Assembly: GCA_965242835.1 (NCBI GenBank)
Contig: OZ251506.1
Span: forward strand, 4,826,494 to 4,890,493
Direction: 5' to 3'
DNA: 64,000 nucleotides
DNA from: Vicinamibacterales bacterium
Lineage (GTDB): Bacteria; Acidobacteriota; Vicinamibacteria; Vicinamibacterales; UBA8438
Shown here: positions 17,237-26,216 of the stretch, piece after piece
How positions within the stretch are numbered: the first letter of the stretch is position 1
Layout: every line of letters begins with the position of its first letter
Notes under the pieces: model-generated
What the model saw: the letters and a program-made list of their open reading frames with translations, nothing else
Told to the model about the DNA's origin: nothing
The model's database searches: none
Position numbers and translations under genes: made by a program

Positions 17237-17833
17237 ATGAAGTGGACCCTGCCCGTTCTGATCGCGGTCTGCACGAGCCTCGGCCTCCGCGCGCACCCGG
17301 CCCCCGGGCCCGCGGGATTCTCCGAGTCCGCCGCTCGCCGCCTGGCGGCTCCGCTCGGCGCCCACTCCCCCCTGCAGGGGTCCGCGCCGTTCTACGGCGC
17401 GGACCCCGAGGCGGAACCCGGCGGCGCCGGCCACCACGCCATCGGCGAGATCTACGACGAGGAACGCACCGTCGTCGTCAGCGGCGAAGTGGAGTCGTTC
17501 CTGTTCGGCAATCCCCACTCCCTGCTCCACGTCCGGGTGCTGGACGGCGGCGGCCGCGCGCGCACCTGGGCGGTGGAATGGCGGGCCGCCGACCGGCTGT
17601 CGCGGGCCGGCCTGACCGGAGAGGCGCTCGCGCCCGGGGACGCGGTGACGCTGTGCGGGCACCCGGGACGCGACCCGGCCGCCTATCGCCTGTACCTGCT
17701 GAACGTGGCGCGGCGCACGGCCGGGTCCCCGGCGGCCGCGGACACCCGCGCGGCCCCGTGCGAGCGCGAGGCCCGCCCGGGGATCGCCGACCTGCCGCCG
17801 CGCGAACGCGTCGGCGGGCGGGCCGCGCGCTGA
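17237..17833 (+). CDS. DUF6152-like small secreted protein carrying an in-frame REP-element insert
   Basis: Signal 'MKWTLPVLIAVCTSLGLRA'. Mature-domain-like 'HHAIGEIYDEERTVVVSGEVESFLFGNPHSLLHVRV...WAVEW...PGDAVTLCGHP'. Residues 28-57 are encoded by the dispersed repeat. Confidence 0.6.
   Translation: MKWTLPVLIAVCTSLGLRAHPAPGPAGFSESAARRLAAPLGAHSPLQGSAPFYGADPEAEPGGAGHHAIGEIYDEERTVVVSGEVESFLFGNPHSLLHVRVLDGGGRARTWAVEWRAADRLSRAGLTGEALAPGDAVTLCGHPGRDPAAYRLYLLNVARRTAGSPAAADTRAAPCEREARPGIADLPPRERVGGRAAR
17318..17407 (-). repeat. REP/BIME-like element, copy E, located inside a CDS
   Basis: Hairpin GGGGTCCGCGCCGTTCTACGGCGCGGACCCC at 17377-17407 and module CCGCTCGCCGCCTGGCGGCTCCGCTCGGCGCCC at 17331-17363 (reverse orientation relative to copies A/B). 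Confidence 0.85.
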
Positions 17834-17936
17834 AGCCGCGGCGGGTTCTCTCGGCGCGGCCCGCCGCCGGCGCCTCCCGGCGGCCGCGGCGGCGCCTCGG
17901 CGCTGCGCCGGAAGCGGCGCGGCCCCGCCCGGGGGA

Positions 17937-18416
17937 TCAGCGGATGGTCCGCCCCCTCTGCTCGTCGCCTATCCAGTAGACGTTGTGGCAGTTGTTGCAG
18001 GCGTTGTAGACGGTTTCCCCGCTGTCGAAGACGCGGTCCGGGTCGCGCGCCTCGGCGGCCGCGAGGGCCACCGCGGCCGCGTCGATCATGTCCTGCGAGT
18101 ACACGTACCACTGCTCCGTGTCGCGGGCGCGGCTGCCCAGCATCAGCAGGTTGCCGGACTCGACGAGGGTCATCGCGGCGCCGGTCACGGCGAGCCAGTC
18201 CTCGTCGGTCTCCGGCTCCCAGTAGGTCTCCCCGTTCTCGTCCCAGACGGTGCCGACGGCGTCCCAGAGCGCGTCCGCCGACGCGTCGATCATCCCGGCC
18301 ATCAGGTCCCGGGTCGTATGCCGCATGTCGAACGGGGGGCCGGCCGGCTCCTCGTCCGCCGCGCACCCGGACAGCGCCAGGGCGCCCACCAGCACGAATC
18401 CGCACGTCGTCCGCAT
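17937..18416 (-). CDS. Class II (cytochrome c'-like) c-type cytochrome lipoprotein
   Basis: Lipobox 'LALSGC'. Single CxxCH ('CNNCH') close to the C-terminus of a ~160-aa helical protein. Confidence 0.5.
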   Translation of the reverse strand: MRTTCGFVLVGALALSGCAADEEPAGPPFDMRHTTRDLMAGMIDASADALWDAVGTVWDENGETYWEPETDEDWLAVTGAAMTLVESGNLLMLGSRARDTEQWYVYSQDMIDAAAVALAAAEARDPDRVFDSGETVYNACNNCHNVYWIGDEQRGRTIR

Positions 18417-18609
18417 TGTCGTGTCCTCACCGCTCGCTCGACGAGCGCAATCCGGGCGCCGCGGGGGCGGCGCCCGGGGGTACAGGCCGTACATGGTACG
18501 TGCCGCGCCGCGGGGAAGCAACCGGCGCGGCGCACGGCGGCGGCCTGTACGTGGAAAGGGCCGGGACCAGACGGTCCCGGCCCCGCTGATTGCGACGGCG
18601 CGAACGCCG

Positions 18610-19809
18610 TTACGGGCGCGGAACGCCGACGTCGCCCTTCGCGTTGCCCAGCCCCTTGTACTTGAACCGCTGCACGCGCTTGCCCTCGTAGGTCTCCGTC
18701 GTGTAGACGTTGCCCTTCGAGTCGACCGCGATGCTGTGGTTGCCGTAGAACTGCCCCGCCATGCGGCCGCCGCTGCCGAAGCTGTAGACGTACTCCAGCG
18801 GCTTGCGGCGCAGCACGTGCACCTTCTCGTTCATGCCGTCGGCGACGTAGGCGAAGGTCTGTTCGGGGTCGGTCGAGAACGCGATGTCCCAGACCGCGCC
18901 GGCGCCGAGCGTCTTCGTCATCAGGTAGATCTCTTCGACGAACTCGCCGGCCTTGGTGAAGACCTGCACGCGGTTGCCCGGACGGTCGCACGCGTAGACC
19001 AAGCCGTCGTTGGTCGGGTCGGCGCAGTGCACCGGGTTGCGGAACTGCGGGTCGCCGGACTTGTCCTTGCTGACCGCGCCGTGCGCCGGCGCGTTCTCGA
19101 GGTCGTAGCGGGGGAGCTCGTCGTCGCTCGGCGGGTTGCCGTAGGCGCCCCAGAAGCGCTTCAGCTCGCCGCTGTCGCCGTCGACCACCGCCACGCGCTT
19201 GTTGCCGTAGCCGTCGGCCAGATACGCCTCGTTGGCCTCGGGGTCGAAGGTGACCTTGGCGACCTTCGAGTAGCGCGTCGTCGAGTTGCTGTCCGGGTCC
19301 GGGTGGCCGTCCTCGCCGATCTGCAGCAGGAACTGGCCGGTGTGCGTGAACTTCAGGGCGTGCGAGTCGTCGCCGCCGTTGCCGCCGATCCAGACGTTGT
19401 CCATGTGGTCGACCCAGACGCCGTGGTTCGACTCGGGCCAGTCGTAGCCCTCGCCGGGACCGCCCCAGTGCTGCAGGAGGTTGCCCTCCTGATCGAACTC
19501 CAGGATGGGCGGGGCCGCATGGCAGCACGCCTCCGCGAACGGCGGGTCGAGGGCGGCCGGAATCTCGTTCGGCGCGAGGTTGCCGCGGTGCACGATCCAG
19601 ACGTGGTCGTCCGAATCGACCGCGACCCCGATGGTCGAGCCGAGCAGCCAGTTGTTCGGCAGCGGCTTCGGCCAGAACGGGTCGACCTCGAACAGCGGCG
19701 CGTTCGGGATCATCCCCTGGGCCCCGACCGCGCCGCCCTGGATCCCGCCCCACAGGAGGCCGGCGGCCGCCAGGACGCCCAGGCTCATCACAACCAGTTT
19801 TCGCTTCAT
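18610..19809 (-). CDS. NHL-repeat six-bladed beta-propeller protein, secreted
   Basis: ATG at 19809 gives 'MKRKLVVMSLGVLAAAGLLW'. Repeated 'G.F..P..IAVDS.GNVY'-type blades ('FYGNHSIAVDSKGNVYTTE', 'DNVWIGGNGG'). Confidence 0.65.
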   Translation of the reverse strand: MKRKLVVMSLGVLAAAGLLWGGIQGGAVGAQGMIPNAPLFEVDPFWPKPLPNNWLLGSTIGVAVDSDDHVWIVHRGNLAPNEIPAALDPPFAEACCHAAPPILEFDQEGNLLQHWGGPGEGYDWPESNHGVWVDHMDNVWIGGNGGDDSHALKFTHTGQFLLQIGEDGHPDPDSNSTTRYSKVAKVTFDPEANEAYLADGYGNKRVAVVDGDSGELKRFWGAYGNPPSDDELPRYDLENAPAHGAVSKDKSGDPQFRNPVHCADPTNDGLVYACDRPGNRVQVFTKAGEFVEEIYLMTKTLGAGAVWDIAFSTDPEQTFAYVADGMNEKVHVLRRKPLEYVYSFGSGGRMAGQFYGNHSIAVDSKGNVYTTETYEGKRVQRFKYKGLGNAKGDVGVPRP

Positions 19810-20027
19810 GTCAGGGTCCTCCTCAGACTCCTCGCGGATCACCGTCGATCGCGCCGCTCGACGCGCTGTGCACAGACTGCCACCTGACGGCGCGCAAGGC
19901 AAGCCCGAAATCGATTTTCCGGCGCGGCGCGGGAGACGAGGCGGCCCGGCCGGCGGCAGGCGCGGGCGCGCGCGGCCGGCGGCGTCCCGCGGACCGCCGA
20001 TCGGCGCCGCGCGGCTCCGCCCGGCGT

Positions 20028-20354
20028 CTACCGCGCGGACTCCCGGCGAACCGCCGGTCCGGGCTCGATCAACCGTCTCGCCACGAGTTCCTCCACCAGT
20101 CTTCCGACGTCCCGCTCGAGCACGTCGGGGGACACGTCGTATTCGGCGGACAGACACTCGACGATCGCGCCGCGCGTGGCGCCCTCCCCGACGAGGTCCC
20201 AGACCCGCGCGCCGACGCCGTCGAGCCCCAGGTAGCGGCCCGAGCGCAGGTCCGCCACGATGACCTGGTCGTCCATGCGCACGTGACGCACGTGCTCCGA
20301 CAGCTTCAGGCGCGTATGCGCGCGCGCTCCCCGCGGGTCCTTCTTCTTCTTCAT
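20028..20354 (-). CDS. Lasso peptide biosynthesis B1 protein (PqqD-family RiPP recognition element)
   Basis: 'VIVADLRSGRYLGLDGVGARVWDLVGEGATRGAIVECLSAEYDVSPDVLERDVGRLVEELVARRLI'. ATGA overlap with the cyclase stop. Confidence 0.8.
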   Translation of the reverse strand: MKKKKDPRGARAHTRLKLSEHVRHVRMDDQVIVADLRSGRYLGLDGVGARVWDLVGEGATRGAIVECLSAEYDVSPDVLERDVGRLVEELVARRLIEPGPAVRRESAR

Positions 20355-22210
20355 GCCGCCGCTCCTCCTCCCCGCGCGGCGTGCTGCAGCCACGCGTCCA
20401 GCGTCAGCGTCGACAGCAGCCCGCCGAGGTGAAAGGCGTGCCCCTGACGCGCCAGGTGCATGGCGTCGCGCAGACGCTCCCGGTTGACGACGCCGAGTTC
20501 GACCAGCATCGACGAGGCGGCGACCTCCTCCAGGACCGGCCATTCCTTGCGCAGGCCCGCGTAGACCGCGTGGCCGGTCGACACGTCCTGCGTCCGGGTT
20601 CTGATCTCCTCCGGCAGGACGCCCCGCATCGCGCGGCGCAGCAGGGCCTTGGGCTCGCCCGGGACTTCCTTCACGCTCCAGGGCGCGGCGAGCGCCAGTT
20701 CCACGAGCGGGCGGTGCAGGAAGGGGTAGCGAACGTCGCACACCTTGTCCAGGTAGCCGCGCAGCAGGAAACCGGTGACGCGCCCGATCGCCTCCACCTG
20801 CCACTGGTCGGCCACGCCGCCGCCGGCCGGCGGCATGCCTCCGTCGCGCGCCCGCGCCGCCAGATCCCAGCGGCGCGCGAAGGCGGGCTCGACCCAGTCG
20901 TGCGGCTCCGGAGACCACTCGTAGCCGACCAGGGACCGGCGCGCGAAGGGCCGCAGGCAGAAGCGCCAGGCCAGGTTGCCGAGCGGCGTCCCGAACACCC
21001 GCTGCCAGCGATCGAGCTCGCGCCACAGGGCGGCGATGCGTCCGCGGCGCAGCAGGTCGGCGAGATAGACCGGCGCCTGGTGCTTGTTCATGACGACCGC
21101 CTCGGCGCCGATGCCCGTCAGCAGTATCGGGACGCCGGGCCCGCCCAGCAGCCGGCCGTACGCCCGGTGGACCGCGAAGAACGCGGCCGCGGCGTGCGGC
21201 TCCTCCCAGTACCGCACGGCCTCGCGCAGCCGGCTGAACGGATGACAGGCGTCGCCGTCGATGCAGTGCCGTTCGACGCCGAGCGCCCTGGCGGCGGCCA
21301 CCGACCACTCCCGCTCGTCGCTCAGCGTCGACTCGCCGAATACGACGCTGACCGTGCGCAGGCGGCGGGCGCCGCCCCGGCGGGACGCGGCGCTCGCGAT
21401 CGACGACGAGTCGAGGCCGCCCGACAGGTCCGCCCAGACGCCGCCGCCCCCTCCGGCGCGGCAGTCGACGGCCTCGGAGAACGTCTCGCGGAACCGCTCG
21501 ACGTACTCCCCGGCCCGCCTCCCGGACGCCCCGGCCCGAACGCGCCACTTCCAGTACCGCTCACCGCGGACCCGCCCGTTCTCGGCGACCAGGCGGTGGC
21601 CGGGCCTGAGCCGGGACACGCCGCGGAACGGCGTGCAGCCGGCGTCGGCGCGATCGACCCCGTGGACGAGCCGATCCGCCACGAACTCCGGATCGAACGG
21701 CGGCGCGTGGGGGTGCACGGCGAGCAGCTGCCGGAGCTGCGTGGCGAAACAGACCCGGCCGTTCCGCACGAGCACGTACAACGGGCGCACGCCCAGCGGG
21801 TCGCGCACGCAGAGCAGGCGACGCCGGGCGCCGTCCCACAGCCCGAACGCGAAATCGCCGACCAGCCGCGGCGCGGCCTCGTCGCCCCAGGCTTCGTACG
21901 CCGCCAGCGTCAACCCGGCGTCGTCGGTCTCGCGCCCCGCGCCGCGGCGGCGCAGCAGGCCGATCAGTTCCTTCCGGTTGTCCAGCCGGCCGTCGAAGAC
22001 GAGGGCGTAGCGCCGGCGATCGTCCTGCACCAGCTTGGCGCCACCGGACCGGCCGCCGGCCTGAACCGACGCGCAGGCGAACGCGATCGACCCGCCGGAC
22101 CAGGAACTCCGGCGGACCGGCCGCAGGAGCTGCGCCGCGCCGTCCAGCCGGCCGACGACGCCGGCGACCGGCCCGCCGTCGAACCGGCAGGCTCCGCCGA
22201 TGGCGTTCAT
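20351..22210 (-). CDS. Lasso peptide isopeptide bond-forming cyclase (asparagine synthetase homolog, C protein)
   Basis: 619 aa. N-terminal Ntn-like 'CRFDG...' and 'SGGLDSSSIA' PP-loop ATP-pyrophosphatase motif. Sits between the B2 and B1 genes. Confidence 0.85.
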   Translation of the reverse strand: MNAIGGACRFDGGPVAGVVGRLDGAAQLLRPVRRSSWSGGSIAFACASVQAGGRSGGAKLVQDDRRRYALVFDGRLDNRKELIGLLRRRGAGRETDDAGLTLAAYEAWGDEAAPRLVGDFAFGLWDGARRRLLCVRDPLGVRPLYVLVRNGRVCFATQLRQLLAVHPHAPPFDPEFVADRLVHGVDRADAGCTPFRGVSRLRPGHRLVAENGRVRGERYWKWRVRAGASGRRAGEYVERFRETFSEAVDCRAGGGGGVWADLSGGLDSSSIASAASRRGGARRLRTVSVVFGESTLSDEREWSVAAARALGVERHCIDGDACHPFSRLREAVRYWEEPHAAAAFFAVHRAYGRLLGGPGVPILLTGIGAEAVVMNKHQAPVYLADLLRRGRIAALWRELDRWQRVFGTPLGNLAWRFCLRPFARRSLVGYEWSPEPHDWVEPAFARRWDLAARARDGGMPPAGGGVADQWQVEAIGRVTGFLLRGYLDKVCDVRYPFLHRPLVELALAAPWSVKEVPGEPKALLRRAMRGVLPEEIRTRTQDVSTGHAVYAGLRKEWPVLEEVAASSMLVELGVVNRERLRDAMHLARQGHAFHLGGLLSTLTLDAWLQHAARGGGAAA

Positions 22211-22253
22211 CGCCGTGCCGCCGCGGCCTGCTCACGACCCGAGCCGCGCCCGG

Positions 22254-22682
22254 TCAGCTCGAGATGATCGGCACGTAGGGTTCGTGACGCCGCGACCTCG
22301 GCGTGTCGTCCAGCACCTCCCCCAGGCACTCCACCCAGGCGTGCGCGCCGAACGGATACCGTTTCACGCCGATGCGCAGCGTCGCGGGGACGCCGCGCCG
22401 CCGCAGGAGCAGGTAGAGCGTCAGCGACCTCGGCAGACAGTCCAGCCCGCGGCGCCAGTAGTAGCGCGTGGCGGTCCGCAGCGCGCGCCGCGTCCGGCCC
22501 ACGACGCGCGCCGGATCCGGCGGCCCGGCGCGGACGGCGGTTCTCCGGCTCCACCGTTCGACCAGCCGGTGCACGCGGGCGAAACCGAACAGACGAAACC
22601 CGGCGTCCAGGACGAGGAACACCAGGAACGCCTGCACGGTCAGCATGAAGACCGAACCCCCTTCCGGCCGTCGTTCCGCCAT
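22254..22682 (-). CDS. Lasso peptide biosynthesis B2 protein (transglutaminase-like leader peptidase)
   Basis: 'RRGLDCLPRSLTLYLLLRRRGVPATLRIGV...FGAHAWVECLGEVLDD' (Cys...His...Asp arrangement). Confidence 0.8.
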   Translation of the reverse strand: MAERRPEGGSVFMLTVQAFLVFLVLDAGFRLFGFARVHRLVERWSRRTAVRAGPPDPARVVGRTRRALRTATRYYWRRGLDCLPRSLTLYLLLRRRGVPATLRIGVKRYPFGAHAWVECLGEVLDDTPRSRRHEPYVPIISS

Positions 22683-22703
22683 CGGCCCGGGACCTCCTGC
22701 GAA

Positions 22704-22853
22704 TCACGGGAACAGCCACGTCATTCCACCGCTCTCGCCGTCGATGCAGAATCCGCTGCAGCCGTCGGTCATCTCGACGATGGTCCCGAAGTCGACGAGG
22801 CGGGGCGTCGCATAGGGTTTCTTCCGCCGAGGACGCGTTCCGAGCTCGTTCAT
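22704..22853 (-). CDS. Lasso peptide precursor (49 aa)
   Basis: ATG at 22853 with AAGGAG 5 nt upstream. 'MNELGTRPRRKKPYATPRLVDFGTIVEMTD|GCSGFCIDGESGGMTWLFP'. Leader Y-x-x-P-x-L...G...T-x motif with Thr at -2, core Gly1, Asp8. Confidence 0.75.
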   Translation of the reverse strand: MNELGTRPRRKKPYATPRLVDFGTIVEMTDGCSGFCIDGESGGMTWLFP

Positions 22854-22995
22854 CGTTTCTCCTTTCCCGTCGCCGGGGCCGTTCCCCCGCGCCATGCCCA
22901 TGATGCGATCCCGGACGCGGAAACGCATTGTCCTCGGTCAATTCGATCACGAATGCAGGTCAAGCGGCGCGGGAGCGCCGGGCGGAGCCGCAACG

Positions 22996-23190
22996 CACCT
23001 TCGACGACGACAGGGCGCGTGAAGCGGCCGAAACCGTCGGCGCGGTCCTGGCGGGTTGAAGATGGCGGCGCCGACACCGCGGGACTTCGCCGCCGGGCCG
23101 TGGAAAACCGCCTGCTACGACCGCTGCAAGCCGTCGACCCGCGGGACGGCAAGACCGGCCCGCGGACGGTCTTCCTCAACCGGCAGGCCC
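22996..23190 (+). pseudogene. Remnant of the tyrosine-recombinase pair (3' end of one gene, 5' end of the next, internal deletion)
   Basis: 22996-23140 matches the rc of ~28405-28548 ('[29 protein letters not shown]' vs '[29 protein letters not shown]'). It then jumps to '[16 protein letters not shown]', which lies ~135 codons further into the intact gene. Confidence 0.8.
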
Positions 23191-23322
23191 GGGAGCGGAT
23201 GTGTCGTGCGCACGGTGGGTCGGCGGACGGACGGTGCATCCGGCGACGCAGGGCGCGGGCAGGCGCGGCGCCGACGCGCGCGGACGGCACGGATCCGCCC
23301 GGACCTGGCCCGCGGCAACCCC

Positions 23323-23528
23323 GCGTATCGCGTGTAAACCGCCATGCCGGGGCCGATGGCCGCCTGCGCCAGGTCGACCGGCGCGACGTTGCCGGTCTGC
23401 AGCAGCCGCAGCGCCGGGGGGAGCTCCGCGCGGAGGGCGGTGACGCACTCGCGGCGCGTGGCCGCCGGGGCGTCCGCGGGACGGCGGCGGCAGACGAGGA
23501 CGATGGAGGAGGCGAGGGCGTTGGTGCC
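23323..23528 (-). repeat. Inverted-repeat arm B1 (206 bp near methyltransferase 3' region)
   Basis: Matches 32809-33014 in inverted orientation with a few mismatches ('[66 protein letters not shown]'). Confidence 0.9.
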
Positions 23529-24239
23529 TATTGCTACGGATCGGCTTTCAAGTTCTGTTCGCACAGGCCACGTGCCGGTGATGGCGAAACCCGACCGGAT
23601 CACCGCATCGAGAAACGTCTCCCATCCGGTGCTCGACGTACCGGTGTCGCCTTGCCGTTCCGACTGCTTGAAGGCGTAGTAGACAGTGACCGGAAACCCC
23701 GGGTGCACCTGTTGAGCAAGGCGCTTCATCACCCGTGTCATGCCGTCGAGGAAGAAGGCTTCGGCGGTTTCCTTGCTGCCATGGCGGTACGGAGTGGCCA
23801 CCAGCTCTTCGGACTTGGGGACTGCGAGCGTGGCGAACAGCTCGGGAAATACTGGTTTCAGCGACCGGCGGAGCCATACGTAGAAGAAGTCCGACAAGTC
23901 TGCGTAACCTATGTTGTCGTAGTATGGAGGATCAGTTGAACGAACAGCCACCAAATTCGACGTCTGTCGGGCATCAGCTTGCTCAATCTGTACTCGTATA
24001 TCGACCCGTCCAAGATCAGAAAGTGCTGTCACTATAGTGTCCACGGCGGTTGTTACGTCGCCAAATGCGCCAGCGAATGTATTTGGCTCGGCGAAGCTCC
24101 ATACCATCGGTATCGCCTGTCGCCCAAAGAGCCTAAGAACCCGTGCGTGCGAGTCCTGCCATCGACAAAGGCTGTTGCAGGTATCGGTCGTCCGACTGAC
24201 GGCCAACGCCAGATACAGGGCGACCGCGTCGGCATACGC

Positions 24240-24660
24240 CGCCGCGCCCGCGCCGCCGTCGCGCAACGGGCGGGCGTCATCGGTCAGGCCGGCGGCGTCG
24301 GCGGTCGCCGCGTCGTCGCTGTCGCGCAGCGACCGGGCGGCGTCGTCAGGAAGCCCCGCGCCCGCGCCGCTGTCGCGCTGGCGTCGGGCGTCGTCGGTCA
24401 GGCCGGCGTCCGCTTCGGCGCCGCCATCGCGCAGCGACCGGGCGTCGTCCGGCTGGCGGGCGGTCGCCGCGTCGTCGCTGTCGCCGCCGTCGCGCAGCAA
24501 CCGGGTGGCATCAGGAAGCCCCGCGCCCGCGTCGCTGTCGCGCTGGCGTCGGGCGTCGTCGGTCAGGCCGGCGTCCGCTTCGGCGCCGCTCTTGCGCGAC
24601 GGCCGGTCGTCGTCAGGAAGCCCGCTGCCGCGGGCGCGCTCGACAGCCGCGGCGTCGGCG
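24240..24660 (-). repeat. Intragenic acidic/Arg tandem repeat in disabled methyltransferase copy
   Basis: Encodes '[81 protein letters not shown]...'. Long internal direct repeats are visible in the DNA. Confidence 0.8.
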
Positions 24661-24864
24661 CGCCGCTGTTGCGCCTGCTCGTATGCCGCGGCGGCGTCGC
24701 GGCGGACGCGCTCGGCCGCCTCTCCCACCAGGTCGGAGAAGGTCGTCAGGGCGACGAGCTGGCGCGGGGTGAAGAGGTCGCCCCAAGCAGACAACCCGTA
24801 CGGCACGCAGGTCCCGCCTGTCAGCCGCGCCGGAACATCGCCTTCAGGCCGCCACTCCGGAACG

Positions 24865-26205
24865 GCGCTCCGCGCGATCTCTTCCTGCTCCGGGCTCGGC
24901 GTCAGATAGACCCGCCCGCGGTCACCCTCCGCCACGACCGCCATCAGCCGCGCGCCCATCCTCTTCGCCTGCCCCTCCGCCTTGACGTAGTCGCCCGCGA
25001 TCGGCGTGCCCGACATCACGCAGCGGAAGTTCGCCCCCCGCGCCAGCTTCGTCCCCGCCTTCGCCGCCTCCGCGTCCGGCGGCGCGCCTGCCTTCACCGC
25101 GAACCGGTACCCCCGCCCTTCGATCACCGGCTCGACGTACGCCTCCTTCCCCTTCTTCGTCGACAGCATGAACGTCGACGCCAGCGGCACGTCCACGCCC
25201 GCGAACGCCGGGTTCGGACTCTTCACCGTCCGCGCCCACAGCCACGCGATGACCGTCAGCTTCCGCCCCGCGTACGGCGCGAGGTCAGGCCGCTCCCGCA
25301 CCATCTCCGGCGTGACTTCCACCTTCGGATACAGATGCCCGATGCGCTTCTCCGCCTCGTCCCGCATCCACCGGCCGTAGCGCCGCACGTCCTCGGCCAG
25401 CCCTTGCGCGCCGCGCCACGTCCTGTCGACCAGCGTCGCCTCCGCCCGCGCGTCGGGGTGCGCCGGCGGCCGGCCCGCGAAGCGCGGCGGGACCTCGATC
25501 ATCGCCTTGTTGATCAGCACCGCCACCGGGTTCAGGTCGCTCGCGTGCGCCTCCAGGCCCAACCGTTGCGCTTCGAGCGGCAGCGAGCCTCCGCCCGCGA
25601 ACGGGTCGTGGAAGGCGGGCAGCCGGTGCCGGTCGAACAGCTCGGCCGCCCGTGGGTGATCGGAGTGCACGGCGCAGGCCCGGCGCCAGCTTTGCCAGAT
25701 CTCCCGCCGCGCCCGTTCGAGCACCTTCTCGTTGGTCGTGTTCTCCCACTTCACCAAGTCCCGGACGATCCCGAACAGCCGCTCGCGTTCGATCTCCGCC
25801 GCCGCCTCGCCCAGGGCCCGCAGGTCGGCCGCCTTACGCCGCCCCGGCGGCCGTTCCGCCGTCACGCGGCCGGGCGAGCGGGCGGGTGCGAACGGCGGCG
25901 GTACCCGCGACGACGCCGCGTCCGCCGGCGCGGCGCCGGCGGACGCGGCGTCCCCCGGCCCGCTTCTTCAGCGCCCGGCGCGCCACGCGCTTCTTCGCCG
26001 GGTCCGACAGCAGCACGTCGACGTACTCCGACGGGTCGTCGACCAGTTGCGCGAAGATCACCGCCCGCGCCGCCGCCAGCGGGCGGCGCGCCCACCACAG
26101 GTGCAGCGTCGACGGATGCCCGTGGCGGATCGACTTCTCCCGCGCCGACGCCGCGTTGACGGCGTCGAGCGGCAGCGCCACTTCGATCAGCTTCCGGCGC
26201 GCGCG
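24865..26205 (-). repeat. Inverted-repeat arm A1 (5' ~1.3 kb of methyltransferase gene)
   Basis: Near-identical to 30087-31439 in inverted orientation, except for a variable patch at ~25800-25990. Track ORFs 24922..25245 and 25006..25380 are 100% identical in protein to 31059..31382 and 30924..31298. Confidence 0.9.
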
Positions 26206-26216
26206 GGTCCCGGGCA

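Noticed and set aside
23979-26159. 726-aa plus-strand ORF opposite the disabled methyltransferase copy
   Set aside because: Low-complexity R/P/A-rich antisense artefact. The other strand carries recognisable methyltransferase motifs.
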